Origin: Candidatus Brocadiia bacterium
GTDB lineage: Bacteria; Planctomycetota; Brocadiia; SM23-32
Assembly: GCA_046538485.1 (NCBI GenBank)
Contig: JBKHIT010000003.1
Span: forward strand, 1-64,000
Direction: 5' to 3'
DNA: 64,000 nucleotides
Shown: positions 19,801 through 30,718 of the stretch, piece by piece
Layout of the letters: each line of letters starts with the position of its first letter
Position numbering within the stretch: position 1 is the first letter of the stretch
The notes under the pieces: model-generated
What the model was told of the DNA's origin: nothing
Seen by the model: only the letters and a program-made list of their open reading frames with translations
Databases searched by the model: none
Made by a program: the position numbers and the translations under genes

Positions 19801-20545
19801 CAGCGGCGTACTCGAAATGGTTCGCGTCTACATTGCTACGAAACGTAAGCTCGGCGTCGGAGATAAAATGGCCGGGCGACACGGCAATAAGGGTGTGGTT
19901 TCCCGAACCGTACCAATCGAAGATATGCCGTATCTGGAAGATGGAACGCCGGTTGATGTGATGTTGAATCCGCTCGGTGTGCCCAGCCGAATGAATGTGG
20001 GCCAGATTCTTGAAACCCACCTGAGCTGGGCTGCCAGCAAGCTCGGTTTCCAGGCCATCACACCGGTTTTCGATGGAGCGACCGAAGAAGAGATCCGGGA
20101 ATGTCTCTCGAAAGCCGGCTTGCCAGAGGATGGGAAGACCGTTCTCTATGACGGGCGGACCGGAGAGCCTTTCGATCAGCGTGTGACGGTCGGTTACATG
20201 TATCTTATGAAGCTTGATCACCTCGTTGACGATAAAGTTCATGCTCGTGCAACGGGGCCCTATTCGCTAATTACGCAGCAACCTCTTGGCGGCAAAGCTC
20301 GGTATGGAGGCCAGCGGTTTGGGGAGATGGAAGTATGGGCTCTCGAAGCCTATGGCGCCGCTCACGTGCTTCAGGAACTTCTCACAGTGAAAAGTGATGA
20401 TGTCGATGGGCGGACAAAGATCTATGAGTCTATGGTCAAAGGTTCGAACGTACTGGAAGCCGGAATCCCTGTGGCGTTCGAAGTGCTGTCCAACGAGATT
20501 CGCGGGCTCGGACTGAATATTAGACTTCAACGGGGTTCGTTGTAA
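16877..20545 (+). CDS. rpoB: DNA-directed RNA polymerase subunit beta
   Basis: DDIDHLGNRR, GDKMAGRHGNKG, GGQRFGEMEVWALEAYG. Confidence 0.99.
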   Translation: MEERWFSKVGTELEVSDLTRIQRQSYEQFLQAQVPMHERERRGLQQVIDEIFPIENERQDIRVEFVGYSLGRPRYSPDECRQLRLTYGYPFHIRVRLYKEEEVFEEDVYLGEMPVMLGGGEFIVNGSERVIVMQLHRSPGCDFSQEASGDRTLYSCRIIPERGSWIEMETNRYDVLRCRLDQSGKNPATLLLRSLLEENATDADLIDLFYETETIKFTTGTAAAKLRDRISAETVALEDGDVTLVKAGETVTDEQAQQLAEAGVKKLSVVEESPDMLIVNTILEDKSRNHEDAVKELYGRLRPGTPFNFEKAKEMLWEKFFDENRYQLGDVGRFRMNRKFGNNVPIEHQTLRPEDLIDAVQYILKLRNGEGNVDDIDHLGNRRVRTIGELAQEEIRKGFLKMRRTIQERLNLKDPSKYTARSLINSKTVSAAINYFFGRSELSQVVDQTNPLSQLTHERRLSALGPGGLNRKRASFDVRDVHISHYGRICPIETPEGTNIGLITSLGVYAETDRYGFLVTPYRVVKNGKLTDEIHYLRGDEEEEAYIAPADKKFDDMKPSDIIIARHQSDFVEIKLKELQYVDVAPKQIVGVSASLIPFLEHSDANRALMGSNMQRQAVPLMQTEPPLVATGIEKDVARNSSLVVRAGKEGNVTYVDSQSVVIDDEDTYPLKKFRGMNQRTCLNQRPTVQKGDKVKDGDIIADGPGTSDGELALGQNLLVAFMPWDGYNFEDAIVISERVVKDDAYTSLHIESFETEIRETKLGKEEFTRDIPNVSEKQLANLDKDGLIREGTWVEPGDILAGKVSPKSRSELAPEEKLLYAIFGKAGEDVRNESLSVPSGTEGVVIRTERFSRRSYLSEERREKIDEEIKELKADYREEIAGLVREGFEAIEKALGGPVVDQTSQKTFEVNEDMSDREVVKFEEEFDPEEIDFGGSRINKKALAAWSEFGSQIKKLKEERDQKVSRLSKGDELPSGVLEMVRVYIATKRKLGVGDKMAGRHGNKGVVSRTVPIEDMPYLEDGTPVDVMLNPLGVPSRMNVGQILETHLSWAASKLGFQAITPVFDGATEEEIRECLSKAGLPEDGKTVLYDGRTGEPFDQRVTVGYMYLMKLDHLVDDKVHARATGPYSLITQQPLGGKARYGGQRFGEMEVWALEAYGAAHVLQELLTVKSDDVDGRTKIYESMVKGSNVLEAGIPVAFEVLSNEIRGLGLNIRLQRGSL

Positions 20546-20636
20546 CTGGTGCCCGTGCGCGAAGAACGGAAAAACAAATTAAGATACGAATACTCAGGCG
20601 TTTATCCCTGAGACAATAGTGGAGGTGACATACATT

Positions 20637-23600
20637 ATGGCCGATACGGGATATGACCGGATTAATGAATATGAAAAAGTGAGAATTTCGTTGGCCTCGC
20701 CCGAGGAAATCCGGAGCTGGTCATATGGTGAAGTGAAGAAACCTGAAACGATCAATTACCGTACCTACCGGCCGGAAAAAGATGGGTTGTTTTGCGAGCG
20801 GATTTTTGGTCCGGAAAGAGATTGGGAATGCAGCTGCGGAAAATACCGCGGTATGAAGCACAAGGGTATCGTTTGCGACCGCTGTGGAGTTAAAGTTACT
20901 CATAGTCGCGTGCGACGACGCCGGATGGGGCACCTCAATCTTGCGGCTCCCGTGGTCCATATCTGGTTTTTTAAAAGCATGCCCTGCCGCCTCGGAAATT
21001 TGCTCGGGGTGAAGTCGACAGACCTGCAGCGAGTTGTTTATTTCCAGAATTATGTGGTTACAGATCCGAAAGATACGCCGCTCGAATACAAACAAATGCT
21101 TTCTGAAGAAGAGTACCGGGAAGCTGCATTAGAGTACGGCGAGCGGGCCTTCAATGCGGGTATGGGCGCCGAGTCCGTGAGGGAATTGCTGAAAGATCTG
21201 GACCTGGAACAACTTTGTTCTGAGCTTCGGGTCGAACTCAAAGAAACCGGTTCGAAGCAACGTCGTAAGAAGATTATCAAACAACTCAGAGAAGCGGAAG
21301 CGCTCAGGAAAAGTGACAACAAACCGGAATGGATGGTGCTGAACGTCGTTCCAGTCATACCGCCAGGACTGCGGCCACTTGTCCTTCTGGAAAGCGGCAA
21401 CTTTGCCTCAAGTGACCTGAATGATCTGTATCGACGAATTATCAACCGGAACAATCGGTTGAAAAAACTTATTGAGCTGAATGCACCTGAAGTCATTATT
21501 CGAAATGAAAAGCGGATGTTGCAGCAGGCTGTGGATGCGTTGTTTGACAACAGTCGGTGTAAACGATCTGTTCTGGGCAGCGGGAATCGCCCCTTGAAAT
21601 CTTTGACGGATATGATCAAAGGAAAACAGGGGCGTTTCCGGGAAAATCTGCTCGGCAAGCGGGTCGATTATTCGGCGCGAAGTGTCATTGTTGTTGGACC
21701 GGAACTGAAACTGAATCAATGCGGGCTGCCGAAGAAAATTGCGCTTGAACTCTACCAGCCTTTCATTATCCGTTGCCTGAAAGAAATGGGTGTGGCGGAG
21801 AGTGTGAAGACTGCGAAAAAGGAGTTGGAGAAGAAGACCGACCGTGTCTACGACGTGCTGGAAGAGGTTATAAAAGGCCATCCGGTGTTGCTCAATCGTG
21901 CACCGACACTGCACCGTATGGGGATTCAAGCGTTCCAGCCGGTGCTGGTCGAAGGAAATGCGATTCAGCTTCATCCACTGGTATGCCGTGGTTTCAACGC
22001 CGATTTTGATGGCGACGCGATGGCCGTTCATCTCCCTCTAAGCGTCGAGGCGCAGGTGGAGGCCAAGACAATGATGATGGCCCCCCATAACGTTTTCACT
22101 CCGCAGAGCGGGCGGCCGATCATTACGCCTTCCCAGGATATCGTTCTGGGTTGCTACTATCTCACATTGGAACCTCGGGCAGAAACTGAGAATGTTCGGA
22201 AATATAGCAACACTCAGGAAGTATTTATGGCCTACGACGAAGGTCAGGTCGAAATACATGATCGTGTGATTGTTCGCTGTGAACTGGACACAATTGTGAA
22301 AGAAGAAGGGGCCGATCCGGAGCTGCATGAAGGATTTCTGGAAAGCACTGTAGGGCGTATACTTTTTAATGATGTCCTGCCCGATGGGCTGCCGTTTTAC
22401 AATTACCAGCTGCCCGGCGGAGGCTTGAGCCGGATCATTGATGATTGCTACGAAGTGGCCGGTCGCCAGGCTACGGTAGAGATGCTCGATGCGATGAAGG
22501 ACATCGGTTTCAAAAATGCGACCCGGGCCGGCCTATCCTTTGCGATGACCGATCTTCGTGCTGCTCCCAACAAACAGGAGCTGCTTGATGAGACTCAGGA
22601 GACCGTGGATGAGATTACCGAGCACTTCCGCGAAGGCGCTATCACGGATATTGAGCGGTCTCAACGAGTCATCGATGAGTGGAATGCCACCACCGAAGCG
22701 GTAGCAGAAGAAGTATTCGAGGCATTGCGAACGGACGAGCGCGATGGCGAACCCTACAATAACCCCGTGTGGCTTATGATGGCGTCAGGAGCCCGAGGCA
22801 AAGGACTTCAGATCAGCCAGCTGGCGGGAATGCGCGGGTTGATGGCCAAACCTGGTGGTGAAATTATTGAAGCCCCTATTCGAGCCAATTTCCGTGAAGG
22901 CTTAAGCGTGCTGGAATACTTCAGTTCGACCCATGGTGCACGAAAAGGGCTGGCTGACACGGCTCTTAAAACCGCGGACAGTGGGTATTTGACCCGGCGG
23001 CTTGCGGATGTCGCGCAGAACGTAATTATTAGTGAGATCGATTGCGGAACCGCAAACGGAATGACCAAGGGGCCCGTTATCCGCGGCGACCGGATTGAAG
23101 TTCCATTACGGGATATTATTACAGGACGGATTGCGCGGGATACGTTCGTGCATCCGATCACTGACGAGGTTATCGTCGAAGAAAACCAGATAATTACGGA
23201 AGAAATTGCCCGTAAAATTGAAGAGTTTGACCCACGGATGAAAATTCGAGTGCGCTCGCCGCTTACCTGTGAAAGTTCCAATGGTATCTGTGCTATGTGC
23301 TACGGCATGGACCTTTCGCGGAAACGCCTCGCTGAGCGGGGGCTGGCCGTTGGTATCGTTGCCGCTCAATCGATCGGTGAACCCGGCACACAGCTCACGA
23401 TGAGAACATTCCACATCGGCGGCGTGGCGATGGGGGGCGCGGAAGAAAGCGAAATACGAGCTGCCCGTGGCGGAATTGTTGATCTCGAAGATCTTCGGGT
23501 TGCCAAAGGTCCTGACGGACGGCGGGTCTGCATCAGCCGACAGGGCGAGTTGGCCCTTGTTGATGAGAAAGAACGTGAGGTAGAACGCCATAATATTCCC

Positions 23601-24725
23601 ATCGGCGCAGAATTGATGGTGGAAGAAGGCGATGAGGTGGAAGAGGATGATCTGATCATCCAATGGGATACCCACTACACGCCCATCATCGCCGAAGTGG
23701 GCGGAACGGTTCGCTATGAAGATATCGTTGAAGGAAAAACCTTTAAGATCGAGCACGATATTGTCCACGGAACATCGAGAAAAGTGATCATGGAGCATGA
23801 GGGTGATATGCACCCTCAGATCCTGGTTGAAGGGGAAGGTGAAGAAATCTTGGCCCTTTATCCTATCCCCGAGAAAGCGATTATCGAGGTGGATGAGGGG
23901 GATGAGATTATAGCCGGCACGCGTCTGGCGCGAACTCTGCGAGAGGTGAGGCGTACGCAGGATATCACAGGAGGATTGCCGCGTGTGACCGAGCTGTTCG
24001 AGGCCCGCAAGCCGAAAAATCCGGCTGTTATGAGTGATATTGACGGTGTGGTGACCGATATCGAGCGAAAACGAGGACGGACTGTTATCAGTGTCCAGGA
24101 TCCGGAAACCGATTACGAGTCGGAACATAAAGTTCCCGCTGGTAAACACATGCGCGTCAACCGTGGCGATAATGTAACGGCCGGGGAAGCTCTTGTCGAC
24201 GGACCACTCGTCCTGCAGGATATCCTGAGGATCAGCGGGGAAGAGGCTCTGCATCAGTACATGCTCAGGGAGATCCAGAATGTTTATCGTGCGCAGGACG
24301 TTACCATCAATGATAAGCATTTTGAAATCATCATTCGTGAAATGACGCGCCGTGTACGCGTGAAATCTGCTGGTGATACTGAACTTCTGCCAGGTCGTCT
24401 TGTGGACAAGTTTGAGTTCCGCGACGTGAATCAGGCGGTCGTTGAGGAGGGTGGAGAACCGGCTACGGCCGAACCGGTTCTTTTGGGTATTACAAAAGCT
24501 GCGCTGCGGAGCGAGAGTTTTATCAGTGCGGCCTCATTCCAAAACACGACCCGGGTTCTCACTGAAGCCGCATTGGCCGGGCGAGTGGATCCTCTGCAAG
24601 GTTTGAAAGAAAACGTTATCCTCGGTCATTTGATTCCGGCCGGAACAGGTTTCCGGGAATTTGCCCGTGCGAACGTCGAACAGATCGAAGGACCGGCCGA
24701 GGAACTTGAAGAACCGGGGGAATGA
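20637..24725 (+). CDS. rpoC: DNA-directed RNA polymerase subunit beta'
   Basis: Zn-finger Cys motifs, [35 protein letters not shown]. Confidence 0.99.
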   Translation: MADTGYDRINEYEKVRISLASPEEIRSWSYGEVKKPETINYRTYRPEKDGLFCERIFGPERDWECSCGKYRGMKHKGIVCDRCGVKVTHSRVRRRRMGHLNLAAPVVHIWFFKSMPCRLGNLLGVKSTDLQRVVYFQNYVVTDPKDTPLEYKQMLSEEEYREAALEYGERAFNAGMGAESVRELLKDLDLEQLCSELRVELKETGSKQRRKKIIKQLREAEALRKSDNKPEWMVLNVVPVIPPGLRPLVLLESGNFASSDLNDLYRRIINRNNRLKKLIELNAPEVIIRNEKRMLQQAVDALFDNSRCKRSVLGSGNRPLKSLTDMIKGKQGRFRENLLGKRVDYSARSVIVVGPELKLNQCGLPKKIALELYQPFIIRCLKEMGVAESVKTAKKELEKKTDRVYDVLEEVIKGHPVLLNRAPTLHRMGIQAFQPVLVEGNAIQLHPLVCRGFNADFDGDAMAVHLPLSVEAQVEAKTMMMAPHNVFTPQSGRPIITPSQDIVLGCYYLTLEPRAETENVRKYSNTQEVFMAYDEGQVEIHDRVIVRCELDTIVKEEGADPELHEGFLESTVGRILFNDVLPDGLPFYNYQLPGGGLSRIIDDCYEVAGRQATVEMLDAMKDIGFKNATRAGLSFAMTDLRAAPNKQELLDETQETVDEITEHFREGAITDIERSQRVIDEWNATTEAVAEEVFEALRTDERDGEPYNNPVWLMMASGARGKGLQISQLAGMRGLMAKPGGEIIEAPIRANFREGLSVLEYFSSTHGARKGLADTALKTADSGYLTRRLADVAQNVIISEIDCGTANGMTKGPVIRGDRIEVPLRDIITGRIARDTFVHPITDEVIVEENQIITEEIARKIEEFDPRMKIRVRSPLTCESSNGICAMCYGMDLSRKRLAERGLAVGIVAAQSIGEPGTQLTMRTFHIGGVAMGGAEESEIRAARGGIVDLEDLRVAKGPDGRRVCISRQGELALVDEKEREVERHNIPIGAELMVEEGDEVEEDDLIIQWDTHYTPIIAEVGGTVRYEDIVEGKTFKIEHDIVHGTSRKVIMEHEGDMHPQILVEGEGEEILALYPIPEKAIIEVDEGDEIIAGTRLARTLREVRRTQDITGGLPRVTELFEARKPKNPAVMSDIDGVVTDIERKRGRTVISVQDPETDYESEHKVPAGKHMRVNRGDNVTAGEALVDGPLVLQDILRISGEEALHQYMLREIQNVYRAQDVTINDKHFEIIIREMTRRVRVKSAGDTELLPGRLVDKFEFRDVNQAVVEEGGEPATAEPVLLGITKAALRSESFISAASFQNTTRVLTEAALAGRVDPLQGLKENVILGHLIPAGTGFREFARANVEQIEGPAEELEEPGE

Positions 24726-24795
24726 CGATAAAATAGCAAATCATGCCCCTCGGGTTACTTCTATACATTTAATATGAGATGGAGGTTGTGAAGCT

Positions 24796-25164
24796 GTGCC
24801 GACCATAAACCAGCTTGTTCGTAAAGGTCGTAAGAAAAAAAGCAAGAAAGAAAAATCTCCGGTTCTGGAGGGATGTCCTCAGAAACGCGGAGTTTGCCTC
24901 CACGTTACGACAAGAACGCCGAAAAAGCCGAATTCCGCTTTGCGGAAAATTGCAAGGGTCCGTTTGAGTAACGGACGCGAGGTAACGGCTTATATCCCTG
25001 GTGAAGCTCATAACCTGCAGGAACATAATATCGTGCTGGTTAGAGGTGGGCGAGTGCGAGATTTGCCGGGAGTGCGGTACCATATCATCCGAGGTACACT
25101 GGATGCTATGGGAGTCGAAGGGCGAAAACGAAGCCGCTCCAAATACGGGGTGAAACAGACGTAA
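24796..25164 (+). CDS. rpsL: 30S ribosomal protein S12
   Basis: [31 protein letters not shown]. Confidence 0.99.
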   Translation: MPTINQLVRKGRKKKSKKEKSPVLEGCPQKRGVCLHVTTRTPKKPNSALRKIARVRLSNGREVTAYIPGEAHNLQEHNIVLVRGGRVRDLPGVRYHIIRGTLDAMGVEGRKRSRSKYGVKQT

Positions 25165-25210
25165 TATTTCTGATTTTAACTGCTGAGCATTGAAGAAGGG
25201 AAACGCCAAA

Positions 25211-25684
25211 ATGGCGCTGAAGTATCGCAGCACTGAACGCTTTCTAAAACCAGACCCGGTCTACGGAAGCAAACTTATCAGTAAGTTTATTGGATGTCTT
25301 ATGGGCGGCGGTAAAAGAAGCGCAGCCGAACGTATCATTTATAAGGCCATGGATATTCTCGGGGAGCGCGTGGACGATGACGATCCACTCGAGGCTTTTG
25401 AAAAAGCAATCGATAACGTGAAGCCTGTTATTGAAGTGCGATCGCGTCGAATCGGTGGAATGACCTACCAGGTTCCGATCGAAGTGACGTCGAAAAGACA
25501 GACATCGCTGGCCATAAGGTGGATTCTTGATGCGGCCGATAGCAAGGAAGGGCGGCCCATGTATCTCTGTCTGGCCGAAGAATTGATTGATGCGTATCAC
25601 AGACAGGGAGCGGCGTACACGCAGCGGGAAAATACCCACCGCATGGCAGAAGCCAACCGAGATTTCTCCCACTTCTCGCGATAA
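25211..25684 (+). CDS. rpsG: 30S ribosomal protein S7
   Basis: PDPVYGS, EVRSRRIGGMTYQVP, HRMAEANRDFSHF. Confidence 0.98.
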   Translation: MALKYRSTERFLKPDPVYGSKLISKFIGCLMGGGKRSAAERIIYKAMDILGERVDDDDPLEAFEKAIDNVKPVIEVRSRRIGGMTYQVPIEVTSKRQTSLAIRWILDAADSKEGRPMYLCLAEELIDAYHRQGAAYTQRENTHRMAEANRDFSHFSR

Positions 25685-25695
25685 TACGATTTTAC

Positions 25696-25739
25696 GAGCG
25701 GGCAGCCTGGTTCAAATACCGGCTGCCCGCTCCTTTTTT
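25696..25739 (+). terminator. Intrinsic terminator between rpsG and fusA
   Basis: GAGCGGGCAGCC ... GGCTGCCCGCTC 12-bp GC-rich stem followed by CTTTTTT. Confidence 0.75.
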
Positions 25740-25774
25740 GTTAAGGTAACTCTGCAATTGAGGACTGGTTGCGT

Positions 25775-27856
25775 ATGGACCTCCATCGTCTTCGTAATAT
25801 CGGTATAGCGGCCCATATCGATGCGGGCAAAACAACTGTTACGGAGAGGATGTTGTACTACACGGGGCGGCTCCACAGGATGGGCAGCGTCGACGAGGGT
25901 ACTGCTACCATGGACTGGAAGCCTCAGGAACAGGAACGGGGAATTACCATCGTCTCGGCTGCCACGAGTTGCTACTGGCAAAACCGTGATGATCGAGCGA
26001 ACGGAAGCCGGGATAAAAAATACCAGATCAATATCATCGATACTCCAGGGCATGTGGATTTTACCGCAGAAGTCGAACGATGTATGCGGGTGCTCGACGG
26101 AGTCGTGGCTGTTTTCTGCGGCGTTGGGGGGGTTGAAGCTCAGAGCGAAACAGTCTGGCACCAGGCCGAACGTTACGATATACCGCGTGTGTGTTTTGTG
26201 AATAAACTTGATCGGCAGGGAAGCAATATGATGAGGGTGGTGGAGGAAATCCGCGAGCGATTGGGAGCGCACCCCGTCCCTGTGCAAATTCCTTTTCGAT
26301 CAAAATCAGAATTTTTGGGGGTGGTTGACCTTATCCAGCGGGAAGTGTGGGTTTACGAAGAGGATTCCCTGGGAGCGACCTATGATGTCCGCGAAATTCC
26401 AGAAAGATACAGGGACGAAACGGAAGTTCTGCGTGAAGAAATCATCGAAACCGTTGCTGAAAACGTGGATTGGGCCGCCGACAAATATATAGTGGAAGAG
26501 ACTCTGACCGAAGATGAGATCCGAACAGGTCTGAGGGAAGCATGTATAGCAGGGGACCTCCAACCCGTCCTCTGTGGAGCGGCCCTTCGTAACCGTGGAG
26601 TTCAACCGTTGCTCGATGCTGTGTGCGATTATCTGCCCTCTCCGCTGGAAACCAAAGCGATCCCCGGTAAAAATCCCAAGACGGGAGAAAAAGAGGAACG
26701 ACATGCTGAATCGGACGATCCGTTCAGTGCTTTGATGTTCAAAATCCAGAGTGAAAGGCACGGGGACCTTTTCTTCATCCGAGTCTACAGCGGCCATTTG
26801 GACGCCAAATCACGTGTATACAATGCTAATCAGAAAAAGACCGAGCGGGTTACACAACTCTATCGAATGCATGCTGATAAGCATGAGCAAATCGAAAAAG
26901 CCGAGCCCGGTTCGATTGTCGCAGCAAAAGGATTAAAGAAAAGTGTGACTGGAGATACATTATGCGATAAAAAGCATCCTGTGGTCTTCGAGAGAATGTC
27001 GTTTCCCAATACCGTTGTTTCGATGGCCATAGAGCCGAAAACCCAGGCTGAGCAAGATAAACTTGATCAAGCTCTGGATGCTCTTGCTCGGGAAGATCCT
27101 ACGTTCCGGGCCCGTGTCTCAGCACAGACCGGGCAACTTCTGGTGAGCGGTATGGGTGAATTGCATCTTGAAATTATTCGTGATCGGCTGTTGCGAGAAT
27201 ACAATGTCGACGCGAACGTTGGGGAGCCACGCGTTTCTTACCGAGAAAGCCTCAAGGAGCCGGTAACAGTTGTCGCGAAATTTGAAAAAGAAGCCGAAGG
27301 ACGTGGCCAATACGCATGGGTTAAAATGCGATTCGAACCCGACGTGGTTCCCGAAGGTATCGAGTTTGAAAATGCTGTGGATCGCGACGTTTTGGCCAAC
27401 CATTTTGTTCGGGCGATAGAGCGATCTTTACAAGAAGGTTCGACAGGGCCGCTTTACGGCTATCCCCTGATTAACGTGAAAGCGGTGTTGCTTGGTGCTA
27501 AAACGCACCCCGTTGATTCAACAGAACTTGCTTTTGAAGCGGCTGCAGGCCTGGCTCTTCGTAATGCTATGGACGAAGGCAAAGCCCAGTTACTGGAACC
27601 CGTCATGCGTCTCGAGATCGTTGTTCCGGAACAATACCTGGGTGATGTTATCGGTCAAATAACGAGCTGTCGGGGGGAGATCAAAGAGGTGGAAACGCGG
27701 GATCAACTTCGCGTTCTCCGGGCGCATGCTCCCCTTGCCGAATTGTTTGGTTTCGCCAGTGATCTGAGATCGATGACACAGGGGCGGGGTACCTACAGTA
27801 TGGAGCCATTTGAATATCAACCGGCTCCGCCTGACGTTCTTGACTTCGGGATGTGA
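25775..27856 (+). CDS. fusA: Elongation factor G (divergent, probably EF-G2/recycling type)
   Basis: AHIDAGKTT, RGITI, DTPGHVDF, NKLDR, GMGELHL; domain IV loop reads KEAEGRGQYA. Confidence 0.93.
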   Translation: MDLHRLRNIGIAAHIDAGKTTVTERMLYYTGRLHRMGSVDEGTATMDWKPQEQERGITIVSAATSCYWQNRDDRANGSRDKKYQINIIDTPGHVDFTAEVERCMRVLDGVVAVFCGVGGVEAQSETVWHQAERYDIPRVCFVNKLDRQGSNMMRVVEEIRERLGAHPVPVQIPFRSKSEFLGVVDLIQREVWVYEEDSLGATYDVREIPERYRDETEVLREEIIETVAENVDWAADKYIVEETLTEDEIRTGLREACIAGDLQPVLCGAALRNRGVQPLLDAVCDYLPSPLETKAIPGKNPKTGEKEERHAESDDPFSALMFKIQSERHGDLFFIRVYSGHLDAKSRVYNANQKKTERVTQLYRMHADKHEQIEKAEPGSIVAAKGLKKSVTGDTLCDKKHPVVFERMSFPNTVVSMAIEPKTQAEQDKLDQALDALAREDPTFRARVSAQTGQLLVSGMGELHLEIIRDRLLREYNVDANVGEPRVSYRESLKEPVTVVAKFEKEAEGRGQYAWVKMRFEPDVVPEGIEFENAVDRDVLANHFVRAIERSLQEGSTGPLYGYPLINVKAVLLGAKTHPVDSTELAFEAAAGLALRNAMDEGKAQLLEPVMRLEIVVPEQYLGDVIGQITSCRGEIKEVETRDQLRVLRAHAPLAELFGFASDLRSMTQGRGTYSMEPFEYQPAPPDVLDFGM

Positions 27857-27927
27857 GCGACGTATAGTTCAGGGCTTTTGTCGCGGGTGGTCATTTCTTT
27901 TCTCTCAATGTCATAAGAAAGTCGATC

Positions 27928-29796
27928 ATGTCCCGAGAAACTTTCCGAATTACGTTCCAACCCGAAGGTCAAAACGTTTTCGTGCTCCAGGGTACTACGC
28001 TTGTTGAGGCTGCCGGGCAGGCCGGAATTATTATCAACACTCCCTGCGGAGGTGAAGGCGCATGCGGAAAATGTAAGATCGAGGTCCGAGGTGACGCACC
28101 GCCGCCATCAGAAGCCGACAAACGGCATTTTAACGATGATGATCTGGGGAAAGGCATGCGTCTGGCATGCCAGTTGAACGTCGATCGGAATCTGGTCGTC
28201 AGTATCCCGGAGGAGACCAGGTTCTTTGAACAGGTTGTGTTGACAGAGGGGAAAGAACACGCTGTTGGTCTTCACCCCAAGGTGCGCAAGTGTTATCTGA
28301 AACTAGTGCCTCCAAGTCAGGATGACCTGCGAAGCGACGTAGATCGCGTCAAAGAAGCCGTGAGTGACACCGAAAATGTAAAGCTGGATATCGCTCTGAT
28401 CCAGACGATGCCGCAAACCCTCAGGAACGAAGAGTTCAGTGTAACGGCAGTTCTCGATGGAAACGAAATTGTTGCTCTGGAGAAGGGAGATACAACTAAT
28501 TCTCTATGGGGAGTTGCTTTCGATATCGGCACTACTACCATAGTGGGAACTCTGGTTGACCTCCAGAATGGCAAAAGAAAAGCAGTCGCCGGCCGCTCCA
28601 ACCCTCAGGTTCATTTCGGCGATGATGTTGTCAGCCGGATTAATTATGCCCGGGAGAATGAGGACGGGTTGCAAACGCTTCATACTCGTCTTGTGATATG
28701 TCTCAATGAAATAATTCAGGAACTTTGTAGTGAGAGCGGGATCCCGAGCACAGATATTTATGAGATTGCGGCAGTCGGGAATACGACGATGACCCACATC
28801 TTGCTCGAGATTGACCCGCGTTCCATCGGACAGGCTCCCTATGTTTCGGTTTTTCGCGAGGCTGTTGACGTTAAGGCCCGCCGTTTAAACATTGAAGTTA
28901 ACCGAAACGCGAACCTTCACGTTTTGCCGAATATCGCTGGATTTGTGGGCAGCGATACCGTGGCGATGGCCCTTGCTTCCCGTATAAATCACAGTGAAGA
29001 GACTCTACTGGCCATCGATATCGGAACGAATGGGGAAATTGTAATCGGCAATAAAGACCGTTGCATTGCGTGTTCAACCGCTGCGGGACCGGCTTTTGAA
29101 GGGGCGAGAATACACTTCGGAATGCGCGCCACCGAAGGAGCGATTAGCAAGGTTGTCGCCAATGAAGAAATTGAAGTAAGTGTTGTTGGTGGAGGACGTG
29201 CTCGGGGGATATGCGGCAGCGGACTTCTCGATGCTGTTGCCGAGTTGCTCAGAGTCGGTGTAATAGATAAAAGCGGCAGGATCCAGATGGCGGAAAAACT
29301 TCCCGAAACTGTCCCGGAGAAAATTGCTGGGGCTATTACGGATTTTGATGGCCAGCCGGCTTTTGAGCTTGTCAATGCAAAAGATAGTAAACTGGACCAG
29401 GCTATTGTTTTGACCCAGAAGGATGTTCGTGAACTTCAGCTCGCAAAGGGAGCAATATGGGCCGGCCTGCAGGTTCTGTCGGCTGAAATGGATGTGAAAC
29501 CCGAGGAAGTCGATCTGGTTCTGTTGGCCGGGGGATTCGGAAATTTCATGCGGCGATCAAACGCTAAAAGAGTTGGTTTATTGCCCGGCATGCCCACCAG
29601 TCAGATCGAATTTATCGGAAACGCCGCTGCCGTCGGTGCGCGGATTGCTCTGTGCTCTCAGGGATGTCGCGAGGAGGCCACTCTGATCAGCGAGCAGACC
29701 GAATACCTCGAACTTGCCAATCGCCCGGATTTTCAGATGCTTTTTGCCGAGGCTATGATGTTCCCCGAGGAAAAAAAGGATAATTCAGACCAATGA
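27928..29796 (+). CDS. 2Fe-2S/ASKHA-domain reductive activator of corrinoid proteins (RACo/RamA-like)
   Basis: N-terminal CGGEGACGKC...RLACQ 2Fe-2S motif; DIGTTT, GDDVVSRI, GFVGSD, DIGTNGE, AAGPAFEG, GICGSG, QLAKGAI, LAGGFG. Confidence 0.9.
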   Translation: MSRETFRITFQPEGQNVFVLQGTTLVEAAGQAGIIINTPCGGEGACGKCKIEVRGDAPPPSEADKRHFNDDDLGKGMRLACQLNVDRNLVVSIPEETRFFEQVVLTEGKEHAVGLHPKVRKCYLKLVPPSQDDLRSDVDRVKEAVSDTENVKLDIALIQTMPQTLRNEEFSVTAVLDGNEIVALEKGDTTNSLWGVAFDIGTTTIVGTLVDLQNGKRKAVAGRSNPQVHFGDDVVSRINYARENEDGLQTLHTRLVICLNEIIQELCSESGIPSTDIYEIAAVGNTTMTHILLEIDPRSIGQAPYVSVFREAVDVKARRLNIEVNRNANLHVLPNIAGFVGSDTVAMALASRINHSEETLLAIDIGTNGEIVIGNKDRCIACSTAAGPAFEGARIHFGMRATEGAISKVVANEEIEVSVVGGGRARGICGSGLLDAVAELLRVGVIDKSGRIQMAEKLPETVPEKIAGAITDFDGQPAFELVNAKDSKLDQAIVLTQKDVRELQLAKGAIWAGLQVLSAEMDVKPEEVDLVLLAGGFGNFMRRSNAKRVGLLPGMPTSQIEFIGNAAAVGARIALCSQGCREEATLISEQTEYLELANRPDFQMLFAEAMMFPEEKKDNSDQ

Positions 29797-30671
29797 TCCG
29801 CACGTTCAAAGAACCTCAACGTGTCCGCCAACAGGTCAGAAAATGGCACCAACACGGACTTTCCGTCGGGCTTGTCCCCACCATGGGGGCATTGCATGAA
29901 GGTCACCTCAGCCTCGTTCGCAAAGCCGTCCAGGAATGCGATCGTACGGTCGTGAGCATTTTCGTAAACCCCACACAGTTCGGGCCAGATGAAGACTTTG
30001 ATGAATACCCGCGGACTCTGCAAAAAGATATTGATTTGCTGGAAATGGAAGGAGCTGATGTAGTTTTCGCCCCCACCGAAAGGCAAATGTATTTTCCTGA
30101 CTCCTGCACTTTCGTTGATCAGGAAGTGCTTACCGATAAGCTCTGCGGTGCCCATCGGCCAGGACATTTCCGTGGAGTGCTGACGATTGTTGCGAAACTG
30201 TTCAATGTTACGGAACCCGATAAAGCCTATTTCGGGCGTAAGGATTTTCAACAGTCAGTGGTGCTTCGAAGAATGTCAAGAGACCTGAATTTCCACGTGG
30301 AAATTCGGGTTGGCCCGACCGTTCGGGAAAGCGACGGCCTCGCGGCCAGCAGTCGCAACGATTATCTGAATGAGGAACAACGGCAACAGGCGACATGTCT
30401 CTACAAAGCTCTGCAGAAAGCGAGGGAAATGTTTTCTGCAGGAGCGCGTTCCCCGAAAAAACTTATCGATGAAATGCGACGAATTATCGAGGAAAGACCG
30501 GCGGCCGAGCTTCAGTATTGCGAAATTGTGTCCTCCGATGATTTGAAACGCGTTGAAAAAGCCGCAGACGATTCAATCGCTGCCCTCGCGGTTTTCCTTG
30601 GGGAGACACGCTTAATCGATAATATGCCGTTGGGTGAGTGCGATGATATCTTCCTCAATCCGGATCAATAA
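29793..30671 (+). CDS. panC: Pantoate--beta-alanine ligase
   Basis: VPTMGALHEGH, SIFVNPTQF, RPGHFRGV, FGRKDFQQ, RLIDN. Confidence 0.97.
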   Translation: MIRTFKEPQRVRQQVRKWHQHGLSVGLVPTMGALHEGHLSLVRKAVQECDRTVVSIFVNPTQFGPDEDFDEYPRTLQKDIDLLEMEGADVVFAPTERQMYFPDSCTFVDQEVLTDKLCGAHRPGHFRGVLTIVAKLFNVTEPDKAYFGRKDFQQSVVLRRMSRDLNFHVEIRVGPTVRESDGLAASSRNDYLNEEQRQQATCLYKALQKAREMFSAGARSPKKLIDEMRRIIEERPAAELQYCEIVSSDDLKRVEKAADDSIAALAVFLGETRLIDNMPLGECDDIFLNPDQ

Positions 30672-30718
30672 TGCCGGTTGAAAAAGCAATTGCATAAAGC
30701 GTGATTCAGGAGAGATTT

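Noticed and set aside
16877..24725. Long antisense ORFs within rpoB/rpoC, and similar ones in tuf, pabB and cca
   Set aside because: Shadow ORFs expected from codon bias on the coding strand
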